Source: Nitrospiria bacterium (GTDB taxonomy: Bacteria; Nitrospirota; UBA9217). From it: a DNA stretch of 64,000 bases. The notes beneath the pieces were generated by a model. That model ran no database searches. It was given only the letters and a program-made list of their open reading frames with translations, and was not told the origin of the DNA. The position numbers and the translations under genes were made by a program. Where the stretch lies: contig CAKKRC010000012.1 in NCBI GenBank assembly GCA_919902495.1, forward strand, positions 4,714 through 68,713. The letters are read 5' to 3'. Numbering within the stretch: position 1 is the first letter of the stretch; each line of letters begins with the position of its first letter. Below are positions 48,549 through 57,773 of the stretch, one piece after another.

Positions 48549-49638
48549 GAAAGTACAAAGCGCATACAGGCCGAACTACGCCGTGTTTCCGGGGGACACC
48601 CTGCGCGAGACCATCGAGGCGTACGGCATGAGCCAGGCGGAACTGGCGGAACGCACCGGAAGGCCGTACAAGACCATCAGCGAGATCATTACAGGCAAGG
48701 CGTCCATTACCGCGGAGACAGCGCTCCAGTTCGAGCGGGTCCTCAGTGTTCCCGCGTCGTTTTGGAATAACCTGGAGCGAAACTACCAGGAGGCGCGCGC
48801 CCGGATGAAGGAGGAGGAGCACCTCCAGGCGAAAGTGGCGTGGCTCAAGAACTTCCCGGTCAAACAGCTCGTGAAGCTCGGCTGGGTCCCCCGGCAGGAA
48901 GAACTGCTTAAGCAGATGCAAGCCCTCCTGAATTTCTTCGGTGTTGCCGGGATCGAGGAATGGGACGCCCTGTGGAAGACACCACAGGCCGCCTACCGGA
49001 AATCAGAGGCCTTCAAGAGCAGCCCCTATGCAACCGCTGCGTGGCTGCGAAAAGGTGAGGTCGACGCGGCCGCAATCCAGTGCAAGCCGCACGACGCGGC
49101 GGCATTTGAAGATGCCCTCAGTAAGATCAGAACTCTAACGACCAAGCCGCCCGACTCCTTCGCAACGCAGATGGTAAAGCTCTGCGCCGAGACTGGGGTC
49201 GCGGTAACGTTCGTGCCCGAACTTCCCGGCACGCGCGTATACGGCGTAACACGGTGGCTGAATCCGAACAAGGCACTGATCCAACTCAGTCTCCGGGGAA
49301 AGAGCGACGATCATCTCTGGTTCACCTTCTTCCACGAAGCGGGACATATTCTCTATCACGGGAAGAGAGAGGTGTTCATCGAGGAAAAGGGCAAGCAGGA
49401 GAGCAAGGCGGAGCAGGAAGCGGACCGCTATGCTCAGGACCTTCTCATTCCTTCCAGCGAATACAAAGCCTTTCTGGCCGGCAACAAATATGACAACGCA
49501 TCCATAAGCAGCCTTGCAAAGAAGATCGGCATTGCTCCTGGTATCGTGGTTGGTCGGTTGCAGCATGAAAGGGTCATCCCGTATAGTAAGGGCAATAGTT
49601 TGAAATCTCAATTTCGACTTGCTATTGCCGAAGCATAG
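48541..49638 (+). CDS. higA: HigA antitoxin fused to ImmA/IrrE zinc metallopeptidase domain
   Basis: PG.TL.E......MSQ.ELA.R.G, IT..TA...E.VL..PA.FW..LE. C-terminal WFTFFHEAGH, E..AD.YA...LIP, GI..GIVVGRLQH. Confidence 0.9.
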   Translation: MSKKVQSAYRPNYAVFPGDTLRETIEAYGMSQAELAERTGRPYKTISEIITGKASITAETALQFERVLSVPASFWNNLERNYQEARARMKEEEHLQAKVAWLKNFPVKQLVKLGWVPRQEELLKQMQALLNFFGVAGIEEWDALWKTPQAAYRKSEAFKSSPYATAAWLRKGEVDAAAIQCKPHDAAAFEDALSKIRTLTTKPPDSFATQMVKLCAETGVAVTFVPELPGTRVYGVTRWLNPNKALIQLSLRGKSDDHLWFTFFHEAGHILYHGKREVFIEEKGKQESKAEQEADRYAQDLLIPSSEYKAFLAGNKYDNASISSLAKKIGIAPGIVVGRLQHERVIPYSKGNSLKSQFRLAIAEA

Positions 49639-49661
49639 AGAATAATAGAGAAAAGGAAAGC

Positions 49662-49922
49662 ATGATGCCCGTAACCGTGTCGGCGGCAAAAAAGGAATTA
49701 CACAGGCTTGTCGGTGTTGTGCAGGGCAACGGTAAGACCGTTGTAATAACGAAGCGTGGCACTCCCGCTGCGGTGCTGATGAGTTATGCGGCTTACGAAA
49801 GTCTCCGAGAGACAGCTCTCGTATCCTCCGACGGGTCGCTTATGCGTGATATTCGACGCGGTCTTCGGGACTTGCGGGCAAAGAAAGCCCGTCTTTATAC
49901 GCTTGACGAGCTTTTCTCATAG
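49662..49922 (+). CDS. Phd/YefM family antitoxin (orphan)
   Basis: VS.AK..L..LV, VVITKRG.PAAVLMS...YESL.ET. Confidence 0.88.
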   Translation: MMPVTVSAAKKELHRLVGVVQGNGKTVVITKRGTPAAVLMSYAAYESLRETALVSSDGSLMRDIRRGLRDLRAKKARLYTLDELFS

Positions 49923-49930
49923 CATACATT

Positions 49931-50398
49931 ATGACCCAGAAAAAAGAAGATACAACGGTAGCTACGAACCGCAAGGCGCGCCACGACTACTTCATTGAAG
50001 AGACCGTTGAAGCGGGGATAGCGCTCCGGGGCACGGAGGTGAAGTCCCTTCGCCTCGGCCTCGCGAACTTGACGGACAGCTACGTCCTGATCAGGAACAA
50101 CGAGGCGTTCCTGTTCAATGCGAACATCAGCCCCTATACCCACGGCAACATTGCGAACCACGAGCCGCTCCGGACACGCAAACTCCTGCTTCACAAAGCG
50201 GAGATCGTCAAGCTTCTCTGGAAAATGTCCCAGAAGGGCTTCACGCTCATCCCGCTCAAGCTCTACTTCGTCCGGGGCAAGGCCAAGGTGCTCATCGGCC
50301 TGGCCAAGGGCAAAAAATCCTTTGACAAGCGCGACACGATCAAGGAAAAGGAATCGAAGCGCGAAGTGGAACGGGTTATGAAGGACCGGCACCGGTAG
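49931..50398 (+). CDS. smpB: SsrA-binding protein
   Basis: NRKARHDY, EAGI.L.GTEVKSLR, R.RKLLLH..EI, GKK..DKR..IK. Confidence 0.98.
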   Translation: MTQKKEDTTVATNRKARHDYFIEETVEAGIALRGTEVKSLRLGLANLTDSYVLIRNNEAFLFNANISPYTHGNIANHEPLRTRKLLLHKAEIVKLLWKMSQKGFTLIPLKLYFVRGKAKVLIGLAKGKKSFDKRDTIKEKESKREVERVMKDRHR

Positions 50399-50535
50399 GC
50401 CCCACCCCGCCTTTTTTCTGCTACACTTAGAACAGGTCGTCACGAAGCACCCACCCCGAACGATAAGACACGATACCGTGTGGCATCGCTAGTTGCGCCG
50501 TGGCGACACTATTTTCTGCTTTAAGGGAGGTAGCC

Positions 50536-51342
50536 ATGAAACAGGTACTGACAATATTGATGGTGATAGCTCTGGTCATGGTTGGTGCCGGCCTCGCAGC
50601 AGCGGCCCCCAAGATCGAGGGCAAACCCGTGGAATACACCGCGGGCGGCGTCACCCTGAAGGGATATATCGCCTATGACGCGAATGTGAAAGGAACGCGG
50701 CCGGGCGTCCTGGTGGTCCATGAGTGGTGGGGACAGAATGAATATGTCCGAAAGCGGGCGCGCATGCTGGCCGAGCTGGGTTATACGGCCCTTGCGCTCG
50801 ACATGTATGGCGAAGGGAAAATGGCAGAGCATCCCGGAGACGCGGGCAAATTCTCGTCCGAGGTGATGAAGAACTTTCCGGTGGCGAAGGAACGCTTCTT
50901 CGCGGCTATGGACTTTCTGAAGAAGCAGCCGACCGTGGACCCCGCCAGGATCGCGGCCGTCGGGTACTGTTTCGGTGGCGGGGTGGTGCTGAACATGGCA
51001 CGCCAGGGCGTGGACCTCAAGGGCGTGGCCAGCTTCCACGGCAGCCTGGCTGTCGTGAAGCCGGACCAGCCGACGCCGATCAGGGCAGCGGTGCGGGTCT
51101 ACAACGGCGCCGATGACAAGTTCATCCCGGCCGAGGCCATCGAGGGGCTCAAGATGGAGATGGCCGATGGGAAGGTGAACTTCATGTTCACGAACTATCC
51201 CGGCGCGGTCCACAGCTTCACGAACCCGGACGCCACCGAGCTTGCCAAGAAGTTCAATATGCCCATTGCATACAATGCTGCTGCGGATAAGGGATCCTGG
51301 GAGGATATGCAGAAGTTCTTCAAGGAGATCTTCAAGAAGTAG
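50536..51342 (+). CDS. Dienelactone hydrolase family protein, secreted
   Basis: Signal peptide. HEWWG, GYCFGG, SFHG, GADD, HSFTNP. Confidence 0.93.
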   Translation: MKQVLTILMVIALVMVGAGLAAAAPKIEGKPVEYTAGGVTLKGYIAYDANVKGTRPGVLVVHEWWGQNEYVRKRARMLAELGYTALALDMYGEGKMAEHPGDAGKFSSEVMKNFPVAKERFFAAMDFLKKQPTVDPARIAAVGYCFGGGVVLNMARQGVDLKGVASFHGSLAVVKPDQPTPIRAAVRVYNGADDKFIPAEAIEGLKMEMADGKVNFMFTNYPGAVHSFTNPDATELAKKFNMPIAYNAAADKGSWEDMQKFFKEIFKK

Positions 51343-51363
51343 CGAGGGAAGGCTTTCATCGAG

Positions 51364-51394
51364 AGCGCAGGCTTGCATGCCTGCGCTTTTTTTT
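51364..51394 (+). terminator. Intrinsic terminator
   Basis: AGCGCAGGC...GCCTGCGCT plus T-run. Confidence 0.85.
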
Positions 51395-51455
51395 GCCCCG
51401 GCAGCGGAACGGTCCTTATTGGCGCGGCGTCTGATGTATGGTACAATGCAACATT

Positions 51456-51719
51456 ATGCATGACACGATCACGTGTATGGAATTTCCCTGTTCCTTTCCG
51501 CTCAAGGTGATGGGGCAGAAGAGCGATGCCTTCGAAAAGGCGGTGCGCGGGATCCTGTCGAGGCACCTGCCGGGGATAGCGGTCGAGTACGAAAGCCGGC
51601 CGAGCGGCACCGGCAAATACCTGGCCATTACCGCGACCTTCACTGCAACGAGCCGGGAACAACTGGACGCCCTCTATCGGGAACTGAACGCACACGAGCT
51701 GGTCGTGATGACGTTGTAA
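51456..51719 (+). CDS. ybeD: YbeD/DUF493 family protein
   Basis: EFPC.FPLKVMG, S..GKY, QLDALY.EL..H..V.M.L. Confidence 0.9.
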   Translation: MHDTITCMEFPCSFPLKVMGQKSDAFEKAVRGILSRHLPGIAVEYESRPSGTGKYLAITATFTATSREQLDALYRELNAHELVVMTL

Positions 51720-51742
51720 CGAGTTGTTGAAAAAGACTTCTT

Positions 51743-51827
51743 GTAGCAACAACGCACCCTAAAGGGTGCGGCTACCCTGTGAAGAACAATACGTTATCGT
51801 TGGTAGCCGTCCCGTGCTAGCGGGACG
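51743..51827. repeat. Pair of GTAG-type REP-like palindromes
   Basis: Minus strand GTAGC-CGCACCCT-tt-AGGGTGCG (51753-51775). Plus strand GTAGC-CGTCCCG-tgctag-CGGGACG (51803-51827). Confidence 0.65.
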
Positions 51828-51847
51828 ACATAGCGTTTTTCACCTTT

Positions 51848-52549
51848 ATGAAAAAAGTACTGATCGCAAAAGAGCTCCACGCCCTGCTTGAGCAGGACCG
51901 TTCCTTTCTGGACCGGACGGACATGCAGGTGTTCGTCGCCGCAACGAACGACGAGGTGTTGACCATCCATCGCGCCGAGCGGGTGGACCTCATCATAGCG
52001 AAGCTCGATCTGCCGGGCATGGCCAGCGAGAAACTGTATGGTCTGATCCGGGAGGATGCGGCACTTCGCACGGTCTCGACGATCTTGTGCTGCGCGAACA
52101 CTCCCGCGGCGATCAAGCAATGCTCGCACTGCAGGGTGAACGCCGTTCTTCTGGAGCCGCTCCATTCCGTTCTGCTCATGGCAAAGGCACAGCAGCTCCT
52201 CGATATTGCCGCCCGGGAGATGATCCGCGTGCTTCTGGGCGTGGTCATAGATGGCCGCTTCGGGGACGAAGCGTTCTACTGCCGTACGAAGAACGTCAGC
52301 GCCACCGGCATGATGATCGAGACCAGGAAGCGGCTTGTTGAAGGCGCGCGGCTGACGTGTCAATTCTATCTCCCCGATGCGACAAGGATCCAGGCGCCAG
52401 GCAAGATCGTCAGGATCATTCAACAGACGTCCGGAGGCGGAGACCAGCAATACGGTCTCATGTTCACCGACATCGCCCCCGAGACCAAACAGCTGCTTGC
52501 CGACTTTGTCGAAAGCACCCGGCGCAAATCGCAGCCGGGCGGTCAATGA
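51848..52549 (+). CDS. Pseudo-receiver + PilZ domain protein (paralog of 6340-7062)
   Basis: DLIIAKLDLPG (no acceptor Asp), REMIR and NVSATG PilZ motifs. Confidence 0.83.
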   Translation: MKKVLIAKELHALLEQDRSFLDRTDMQVFVAATNDEVLTIHRAERVDLIIAKLDLPGMASEKLYGLIREDAALRTVSTILCCANTPAAIKQCSHCRVNAVLLEPLHSVLLMAKAQQLLDIAAREMIRVLLGVVIDGRFGDEAFYCRTKNVSATGMMIETRKRLVEGARLTCQFYLPDATRIQAPGKIVRIIQQTSGGGDQQYGLMFTDIAPETKQLLADFVESTRRKSQPGGQ

Positions 52550-52602
52550 ACGTGTCATTGCCTCCGGAATGAAGTAATACCGACCCGGCAGATCCTTTAT
52601 GT

Positions 52603-52706
52603 AACCACGGGTCCCGACACTTACGGGACACACAGATAAACACTGTTTTGAATTTTGCTCGTAGAACCAGTATTTTTAACCGTGTGCGGCGAAGCCGCCA
52701 GTGGTT
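52603..52706. repeat. Inverted ACACGG-repeat element with nested mini-hairpins
   Basis: AACCACGG[GTCCCG-acactta-CGGGAC]ACACAG-ATAA-ACACTG ... CCGTGT[GCGGC-gaa-GCCGC]CAGTGGTT. Confidence 0.8.
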
Positions 52707-52856
52707 ATAAAGCCTTTTATGTCAAATAGGACAGCTCGTGGTGAGGCCCTCCCCCCTGCAACCCATTCAAAATCCCGTTGTGCAAGCCTAAAAAATAGTA
52801 TAGAATTATTTCACTTTTCGCGCTCAGTCCCTTATTTTATTTTTCAGGAGGAAGCA

Positions 52857-54209
52857 ATGAGACAGACCAAGATCGTGCTTTCAGACAAAGAGATCCCCAC
52901 CAAGTGGTACAACATCATGGCAGACATGCCGAACAAGCCGAAACCGCCGCTCCATCCCGGCACCCGGCAGCCCGTGGGGCCGCAGGACCTCGCGGCGATC
53001 TTTCCCATGGACCTGATCCTGCAGGAAGTGAGCACCGAGCGCTGGATCGACATTCCCGAAGAAGTGCTGGACATCTATTCCCTCTGGCGGCCGTCGCCGC
53101 TCTACCGGGCCCATCGGCTCGAAGCGGCCCTGGGCACGCCGGCGAAGATCTACTATAAATATGAAGGCGTGAGCCCCGCCGGCAGCCACAAGCCGAACAC
53201 CTCCATCCCCCAGGCCTTCTATAATAAGAAGGCCGGCATGAAGCGCATCGCCACCGAGACCGGCGCGGGCCAGTGGGGCTCGTCCATGGCCCTTGCGGGT
53301 AAGCTCTTCGGCCTCGACGTGACCGTATACATGGTGAAGGTGAGCTACGGTCAGAAACCCTATCGCCGCATCATGATGGAGACCTGGGGTGCCACGGTCC
53401 ACGCCAGCCCGTCCAAGGTGACGAATTCTGGGCGAAAGGTCCTGGAGTTGGACCCGAACAGCCAGGGCAGCCTCGGCATCGCGATCTCCGAGGCCGTCGA
53501 GGACGCCGCCACGCATAACGATACGAACTACGCGCTCGGCTCGGTGCTGAACCATGTCTGCCTGCACCAGACCGTCATTGGCCTCGAGGCCAAGAAGCAG
53601 ATGGAGATCGCCGGCGATTATCCCGACGTCGTGATAGGCTGCTGCGGCGGTGGAAGCAACCTTGCCGGCATCGCTTTTCCCTTCCTTCACGACAAGATCG
53701 GCGGCAAGAAGGTCCGCGTGATGGCCGTGGAGCCGGCGTCGTGCCCCACGCTCACCAAGGGCGAGTTCCGCTATGACTTCGGCGACGTTGCCGGGCTCAC
53801 GCCCCTCATGACGATGTATACCCTCGGCCATGACTTCATGCCGCCGGGCATCCACGCGGGCGGGCTCCGGTATCACGGCGATTCGCCGCTCATCTCCCAG
53901 CTCTACCACGACAAGCTTATCGAGGCCCGGGCCTACAACCAGGTGCCGGTGTTCGAAGCCGCGCTGCAGTTCGCGAACACCGAGTCCATCATCCCGGCCC
54001 CCGAGAGCGCCCATGCGATCCGGGCCGTCATCGACGAGGCGCTCCTGGCGAAAGAGGAAGGGAAGCAGAAGACCATCCTCTTCAACCTGAGCGGACACGG
54101 GTACATGGACCTTCAGGCATATGCCGACTATCACGACGGCAAGCTCAAGGATTTCGAGTATCCCTCCGAAGAGATCAAAAAATCCCTCGCAAAACTCCCC
54201 AAGATATAA
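52857..54209 (+). CDS. trpB2: TrpB2-type tryptophan synthase beta subunit
   Basis: [55 protein letters not shown]. Confidence 0.95.
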   Translation: MRQTKIVLSDKEIPTKWYNIMADMPNKPKPPLHPGTRQPVGPQDLAAIFPMDLILQEVSTERWIDIPEEVLDIYSLWRPSPLYRAHRLEAALGTPAKIYYKYEGVSPAGSHKPNTSIPQAFYNKKAGMKRIATETGAGQWGSSMALAGKLFGLDVTVYMVKVSYGQKPYRRIMMETWGATVHASPSKVTNSGRKVLELDPNSQGSLGIAISEAVEDAATHNDTNYALGSVLNHVCLHQTVIGLEAKKQMEIAGDYPDVVIGCCGGGSNLAGIAFPFLHDKIGGKKVRVMAVEPASCPTLTKGEFRYDFGDVAGLTPLMTMYTLGHDFMPPGIHAGGLRYHGDSPLISQLYHDKLIEARAYNQVPVFEAALQFANTESIIPAPESAHAIRAVIDEALLAKEEGKQKTILFNLSGHGYMDLQAYADYHDGKLKDFEYPSEEIKKSLAKLPKI

Positions 54210-54215
54210 ATAGAA

Positions 54216-54243
54216 CGGGGGAGCCGGATAACCGGCTCCCCCG
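54216..54243. terminator. GC-rich hairpin after trpB2
   Basis: CGGGGGAGCCGG-ataa-CCGGCTCCCCCG. Confidence 0.65.
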
Positions 54244-54329
54244 AACTGTTCTCATCCCTTCTTTGCTACATCAAGATCCCTTTCTTTTTTCTGCACCCCG
54301 GTTTCTTAATTACCGTGCAAGCAGACGTG

Positions 54330-54376
54330 ACTCACCCCACCCGGCCTCCCCTTAACAAGAGGAGGCGCGGAGGGGT
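54330..54376. repeat. Palindromic element (CTCACCCC...CCTCCCCTT-AAGAGGAGG)
   Basis: Hairpin cctcccctt-aac-aagaggagg flanked by acccc/ggggt. Confidence 0.5.
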
Positions 54377-54454
54377 CTGTTCGGAAACAAAATGGATATG
54401 AAAAAATAACACCAGTTGAACGTAGCACAGGAAGCCAGAGGAATTTCAGGCGGG

Positions 54455-55138
54455 TTATATCGAGGAGCGGTGTTTGATCTGTTCCAGGGCGTTCTCGGCG
54501 ATGAGGAGGTGACCGTCGGATTCCTTGACGATGCCGTTGGTGGCCAGCAGCTTCATGCACTTCGAAACGGCTTCGCGGGACGATCCGATCATGCCGGCGA
54601 GCTCCTTGTGGGTAAGCTTGCCGCGTTTGAGGAATCCCTTGCCACAGCTGTCATCGTGCTTCGCGCCGTCGAGGAGCGCCCTGATGAGCCGTTCACTGAC
54701 CTCCTGGAATGCGAGCGACTCGATCTTATCGTCAGCCTTTCGCAACCGCTCGACGAGGGTGGTCATGAGCGCGATGGAGATCTTGGGGTCCTTGTTCAGC
54801 AGCCCCAGAAAATCGACCTGGCTCAGGACCGACAGTTCCGAATCCGAGTCCGCCACGATCGTTGCCGACCTGCCTTTGCCGTCCAGCAGGCTCAGTTCGC
54901 CGAAGAACGCGCCCTTGTCGAAGTGGGCGAGGACGATCTCGTCCCCTTCGTCGTCCGACAGCAGGGCCTTCAGTCTTCCCGCGTCCACGATGTACAGGTC
55001 GGTGCTCATATCCTTCATGTGAAAGATGACCGACCCTTTTTTGAACCGGACCTTCTTGCAGTGCGACGCGATCGCCTTGAGCTGGGTGTCCTTGAGGTGG
55101 GCAAAGAGAGGGATCTGTTTGAGGTAATTGATAAGCAT
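54455..55138 (-). CDS. Crp/Fnr family regulator (cNMP-binding)
   Basis: FFGELSLLDG..RSAT, LTH.ELA.MIGSSRE.VS HTH. Confidence 0.95.
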   Translation of the reverse strand: MLINYLKQIPLFAHLKDTQLKAIASHCKKVRFKKGSVIFHMKDMSTDLYIVDAGRLKALLSDDEGDEIVLAHFDKGAFFGELSLLDGKGRSATIVADSDSELSVLSQVDFLGLLNKDPKISIALMTTLVERLRKADDKIESLAFQEVSERLIRALLDGAKHDDSCGKGFLKRGKLTHKELAGMIGSSREAVSKCMKLLATNGIVKESDGHLLIAENALEQIKHRSSI

Positions 55139-55232
55139 GGCTTCCCCTGAGAGGCGGCTGCGTGTTGCTTGAGCGCAACCCTGGATTTAATGGCTAACTA
55201 TACCATAGACCGTCCGAAAAATAAATATCAGC

Positions 55233-55261
55233 TTGACAGAGGGTATGGAAATCGGTACTAT
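55233..55261 (+). promoter_or_regulatory. sigma70-type promoter of csp
   Basis: TTGACA-17nt-TACTAT. Confidence 0.75.
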
Positions 55262-55318
55262 TGTTAGCGTCCGCAGAAAATTGCGGATAAATAAACATGA
55301 AAGGTTGAGGTAACAGAA

Positions 55319-55519
55319 ATGGCAGAAGGCGTCGTGAAGTGGTTCAATGACAGCAAGGGGTTTGGTTTTTTGAAGCAGGAGAACGGTGAAGATGTATTCG
55401 TACATTTTTCCGCGATCCAGACGGAGGGTTTCAAGTCGCTCAAGGAAGGCGAGCGCGTCTCCTTTGACATTGTGCAGGGGCCCAAGGGCCTGCAGGCCGC
55501 CAATGTCCAGAAGATCTAA
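55319..55519 (+). CDS. cspA: Cold-shock protein
   Basis: [35 protein letters not shown]. Confidence 0.97.
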   Translation: MAEGVVKWFNDSKGFGFLKQENGEDVFVHFSAIQTEGFKSLKEGERVSFDIVQGPKGLQAANVQKI

Positions 55520-55549
55520 CAACTAAAACTACAGCAATACCAAATCCTG

Positions 55550-55577
55550 AGCCCCGGAGCGATCCGGGGCTTTTTTA
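55550..55577 (+). terminator. Intrinsic terminator
   Basis: AGCCCCGGA-gcga-TCCGGGGCT plus T-run. Confidence 0.88.
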
Positions 55578-55627
55578 TTGCCCGCTTTAAGCTAAATTAG
55601 CGAGTGGAAAAACATAGATCAAAGGCA

Positions 55628-55702
55628 TCTCTCGCAAAGCCGCAAAGGTTTCAAGACAAATGGGCATCCTGCCTTTCTTTGCGAGCTTGGCGCTTTGCGA
55701 GA
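55628..55702. repeat. Inverted repeat element (CGCAAAG family)
   Basis: tctctcgcaaagccgcaaagg ... ctttgcgagcttggcgctttgcgaga. Confidence 0.75.
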
Positions 55703-55763
55703 TAACATGCTTATTGTTTGGTTCGGTTTGTCCCTCAAAAATGAATTCAGCTGGCTGTCAGCG

Positions 55764-56561
55764 TCACATCTTGCCATGAGTTTTTGTCCGTTCGTGGTAC
55801 GCCGAGCTGATCACCTGGTGCGCCCTCGTCGCCAGGTCCTTCCGTGACAGATGCTGATGCGCAGCGATGGGCTTCAGGATCGCGCATTCCACGTCAATGG
55901 ACTTGAGCGCCAGGAACCTCGGTAGGTGCTGAAAGAACGTCGTCCCGCCGTAGTAATAAAGAGAATCGCGGTTCGTCAGGTCAACGAGGCGTCCGTTGGC
56001 CGCCAGGTAGCGGATGCAGACCGGGAGGAGGCTGGTGCCGGCCGTGATGGCTGCGGTGATGAGCGAGTTCTTGAAGGGCTGCACCGTGTCTCCGTTCGAG
56101 GTTGTGCCTTCCGGGAACAACGCTACCGAGGTCCCCTGGCCGAGCACCGTTGCGATATCCTCGATCTCCCCCTTCAGGCCCGCGCGGCTCCGGCGCTCCA
56201 CGAAGAGGCACCCGCCGAGCCATGCGAACAGACCGAGCGGGAAGGTCTGCTTCAGTTCCACGGACGTGATGAACACCGAGGGCATGAGGGAGGCAACGAC
56301 GAGGATGTCCGCGTACGTGAGGTGGTTCGATATGATGAGGTAGTTCGTGCGGCGCTGCCGGAGGCCCTTTCGCTTCAGACGGCGGGAATGGACACGGATG
56401 CCCAGCAACCTGAGGCCGAGGCGCGCGAAGAACATGACGTTCCCGGTCAGGCGCTCCAGTTTCCGGGCGCGCTTCGCGGGCAGCGCCATGATGCAGAGCG
56501 CGACCAGCGCGTACAGGATAAGGAGCAGGAAGACGGCCAGAGATTTGAGAAGTATTCTCAT
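55764..56561 (-). CDS. Lysophospholipid/lyso-ornithine lipid acyltransferase
   Basis: SNHLTYADI (HX4D), FVER, LFPEGTTS.G. Confidence 0.9.
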   Translation of the reverse strand: MRILLKSLAVFLLLILYALVALCIMALPAKRARKLERLTGNVMFFARLGLRLLGIRVHSRRLKRKGLRQRRTNYLIISNHLTYADILVVASLMPSVFITSVELKQTFPLGLFAWLGGCLFVERRSRAGLKGEIEDIATVLGQGTSVALFPEGTTSNGDTVQPFKNSLITAAITAGTSLLPVCIRYLAANGRLVDLTNRDSLYYYGGTTFFQHLPRFLALKSIDVECAILKPIAAHQHLSRKDLATRAHQVISSAYHERTKTHGKM

Positions 56562-56800
56562 AGGAACTACGAGCTTTGTATCGTGGAGATTGCTGCAAAA
56601 ATACGATCAACATCCTTGTGTCGAACCGATTATGTAGCAAATACCGACGATTTTCAATGAGAAACTCAGCCTGACAGGTATTTTCCCTTCCTTTACATCC
56701 CTCCGAACGGGAGCTATACTTTAAGTGTAAGGAGACCATTCCCGTTCAATGAGTTGCATTCCGTGCTCATCGGTTCCCCCATAGAAGGAGGCATCGATCC

Positions 56801-57106
56801 ATGATGATAGAGTTCAGCGTTGTTCCCCTCGGAAAAGGGGTGAGCGTGAGTCCCGTTATCGCCCGGGTCATGCAGATTGTAATTGACAGCGGCGTGCGAT
56901 ACAAGGCGAACCCCATGGGGACGGTGATCGAAGGAGAGTGGGGGCGGCTGATGGACCTTATAAAGAAGTGCCACGACGAGGCGATGAAGGACGCGGACCG
57001 TGTTGTAACGTCCATCAAGATCGACGATTACAAAGGCAAGGGAGAGCGGCTCGACACCAAGTTAGAGTCGGTCGAGCAGAAGCTCGGGAAGAAGCTTAGC
57101 CGCTGA
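56801..57106 (+). CDS. MTH1187/YkoF thiamine-binding family protein
   Basis: FSVVPLG...SVS, SG..Y...PMGT.IEGE, RV.T.IKID. Confidence 0.92.
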   Translation: MMIEFSVVPLGKGVSVSPVIARVMQIVIDSGVRYKANPMGTVIEGEWGRLMDLIKKCHDEAMKDADRVVTSIKIDDYKGKGERLDTKLESVEQKLGKKLSR

Positions 57107-57132
57107 AGATAAGAGAGGCAAGGAGGCAGGCC

Positions 57133-57648
57133 ATGAAGACACCCGCAGGAAAAGGTAAGAACTACAGCACCAACTACAAGAAAAAGATCGTGACCACCGA
57201 CGCGTATCTCACGAAGAGCGGCCAGGGCGTAGCGGTCTGCGAGGGCTGCCAGGCGGTGTACCGGAACAAACGCTGGTATGTGGGCCCCGAGATCGTCAAG
57301 GCCGGGACGGTGGCGGTGAAGGTGGTCTGCCCGGCATGCCTTAAGATCCGGGACAATTTCCCGGGCGGCATCGTGACCCTGTCGGGCGACTACGTCCTTC
57401 CGCACAAGATGGAGCTGCTGAAGCTCGTCAAGAACGAGGAGGGCCGCGCCCGGGGCTTCAATCCGCTGGAGCGGGTGATGACCGTCAAGGAGAACGGCCA
57501 CGGGAGCGTCATTATCACCACGACGAACGAGAAGCTCGCCCAGCGACTTGGACGGGCCATCAAGAAGGCGTTCCATGGCGATGTCAAGTACCACTGGTCC
57601 CACGACAATAAGCTGGTGCGGGTGGATTGGGTGAAGGACGTGGCGTAG
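57133..57648 (+). CDS. BCAM0308 family protein
   Basis: C..C.AVY...RW, CPAC.KI.D.FP.G, PLER.M, TT...LA.RLGRAI..A..G, RV.W. Confidence 0.85.
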   Translation: MKTPAGKGKNYSTNYKKKIVTTDAYLTKSGQGVAVCEGCQAVYRNKRWYVGPEIVKAGTVAVKVVCPACLKIRDNFPGGIVTLSGDYVLPHKMELLKLVKNEEGRARGFNPLERVMTVKENGHGSVIITTTNEKLAQRLGRAIKKAFHGDVKYHWSHDNKLVRVDWVKDVA

Positions 57649-57652
57649 ATCT

Positions 57653-57722
57653 GACAAGGAGAAAGATCAAGAACGACAAGGGGACAAGGGGAAACTGACA
57701 CGGTGACGCGGAGACGCGGAGA
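57653..57722 (+). repeat. One-armed 8-mer tandem array (GACAAGGR / GACRCGGA)
   Basis: gacaagga ... gacaaggg gacaaggg ... gacacggt gacgcgga gacgcgga. Confidence 0.55.
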
Positions 57723-57738
57723 AATAACCAGAACAGCG

Positions 57739-57767
57739 AAGCGGGGATCTATGATCTCCGCTTTTTT
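57739..57767 (+). terminator. Intrinsic terminator
   Basis: AAGCGGGGATC-tat-GATCTCCGCTT plus T-run. Confidence 0.8.
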
Positions 57768-57773
57768 ATTGCT

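Noticed and set aside
50480-50497. sigma54 promoter TGGCAT...TTGC
   Set aside because: The GG-to-GC spacing is 11 nt rather than the required 10.
50398-50535. tmRNA (ssrA) next to smpB
   Set aside because: There is no GGGG-C/tRNA-like 5' end or TTCGA...CCA 3' end, and the gap is too short.
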